64,000 nucleotides of DNA from Hyalangium minutum (GTDB lineage: Bacteria; Myxococcota; Myxococcia; Myxococcales; Myxococcaceae): positions 670,718 through 734,717 of the forward strand of contig NZ_JMCB01000002.1 in NCBI RefSeq assembly GCF_000737315.1. Direction: 5' to 3'. The notes under the pieces were generated by a model that saw only the letters and a list, made by a program, of their open reading frames with translations, was not told the DNA's origin and did no database searches. Shown one piece after another: positions 62,942-64,000 of this stretch (positions are counted from its first letter, which is position 1; each line of letters begins with the position of its first letter). The translations under genes and the position numbers were made by a program.

Positions 62942-64000
62942 CTACTTCTTCTGGGTGGCGATGCGGATCTCCCGCTGCGCGTCGATGTGATCTGGCTGAA
63001 GCTCCACGGTCCGCTTGAAGTGCTTCTGTGCGCCCGTGTTGTCACCCAGCGTCTTGGCGATGACCCCCAGGAAGTAGTGGGCCTGCACGCAGCGCTCGTT
63101 CTTCTTGATGGCGGCCATGAGGTCCCGGAAGGCCTCGGCCTGGAACGCCTTCTTGTCCGGAGCCGCGCAGAAGCGGGCATAGGCGCGCCAGGCGTGGAAC
63201 TCGGCCTCCTCCGCGTTGAGCTTGATGGCCTCGTCGAAGATCGTCACGGCCTCGGCGTACTTGCGGGCCTTCATGAAGACGGTGCCCCGCTTGAAGCGCT
63301 CCTCCGCCTGGAGGATGGCCACCACGTCCACCTCCTCCTTGCCCGTGTCGCCCGACTTGACCTGCTCCAGGTAGTTCTGACGGCTCTTGTCGTCCGTGAG
63401 CGTCCGGTAGGCGTCGCCGATGTAGCCGAAGATCTCCGCCTTGAGCTTCTCCAACTCGGGAGGTGCGCCCGGCGGCAGCGTGTCCGGGTGGTACAGCTTG
63501 GCCAGCTTGAAGTAGGCCACCTTCACCGCGCCGGCATCCGCCTGCTGCGAGAGGCCGAGCCGCTCGAAGAGGTTCTGGCCCTTCAGCGTTGCGGCGGTCT
63601 GCCGGAGCGCGGGGAGCTCTTCCGCTCCGGGGCCCGTCGCGGCACCCGGGGCTGCGGCCGCGGCGGGAGCGCTGGGAGCGGGCACCGAGGGCTTGGTCAC
63701 CGGGGCATTCGGAGCCACTGTGGCTGGAGCGGCGGGGGCTGGAGCGGCGGGTTTGCTGGGAGCCGCAGCGGCGGGAGCAGGAGCGGGTGCAGCGGGAGCC
63801 GGCCGGGGCGCAGCGGCGGGAGCAGGAGCGGGTGCAGCGGGAGCCGGCCGGGGCGCAGCAGCGGCGGCGGGAGCGGGAGCGGCGGGAGCGGGTGCAGCGG
63901 GAGCAGGCGGCCGGAGCGCAGCGGCGGCGGGAGCGGCGGGAGCGGGTGCAGCGGGAGCCGGCCTGGGCGCGGCGGCAGTGGGTGCGGCTGCTGGTGCAGC
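62942..64000 (-). CDS. DnaJ-domain + TPR protein, 5' end outside window, with long Ala/Pro linker
   Basis: [13 protein letters not shown]-domain and TPRs; frame stays open from the ORF-track start at 63718 to base 64000. Confidence 0.9.
   Translation of the reverse strand, partial: AAPAAAPTAAAPRPAPAAPAPAAPAAAALRPPAPAAPAPAAPAPAAAAAPRPAPAAPAPAPAAAPRPAPAAPAPAPAAAAPSKPAAPAPAAPATVAPNAPVTKPSVPAPSAPAAAAAPGAATGPGAEELPALRQTAATLKGQNLFERLGLSQQADAGAVKVAYFKLAKLYHPDTLPPGAPPELEKLKAEIFGYIGDAYRTLTDDKSRQNYLEQVKSGDTGKEEVDVVAILQAEERFKRGTVFMKARKYAEAVTIFDEAIKLNAEEAEFHAWRAYARFCAAPDKKAFQAEAFRDLMAAIKKNERCVQAHYFLGVIAKTLGDNTGAQKHFKRTVELQPDHIDAQREIRIATQKK
63765..63970 (-). repeat. 45-bp tandem repeat (two exact copies plus degenerate copies) encoding [15 protein letters not shown]
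   Basis: 63765-63809 equals 63810-63854; related units continue to about 63970. Confidence 0.85.

Overview
High-GC myxobacterial chromosome segment (suborder Cystobacterineae, inferred from a Pxr-type sRNA locus, MYXO-CTERM proteins and gene content). Core backbone: ssb, an orphan SdhC-like cytochrome b, hslO, a PRTase, selB coupled to a PAS/GAF kinase and a sigma54 activator, a pxr-like sRNA with GNAT, a partial complex I operon (nuoEFJKLMN), signalling genes, kdsC-kdsA-pyrG, then kdsB, wecB, a PAS kinase, an RluA-family enzyme, purF, a ceramidase-like gene, yhbY and a truncated DnaJ/TPR gene. About 25 kb of accessory DNA separates kdsB from pyrG and holds the two most interesting systems. 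(1) An array of TraAB-like surface modules: a decayed barrel/OmpA relic; a lipobox + variable head + Ig-repeat + MYXO-CTERM protein coupled to a beta-barrel/TSP3/OmpA protein; and a second copy with both partners fused in one ORF around an internal MYXO-CTERM. (2) An uncharacterised azole RiPP (TOMM) cluster: a Cys-free NHLP-like precursor, fused YcaO, SagB, an amidohydrolase and a kinase/pseudo-cyclase/STAND/TPR protein. Also seen: an HHN-type pseudokinase, repeated candidate activator sites upstream of pxr, and a structured small-ORF/sRNA candidate at the island edge. No tRNA, rRNA, CRISPR, integrase or IS was recognised. All family calls come from motif recognition by eye; no searches were run.
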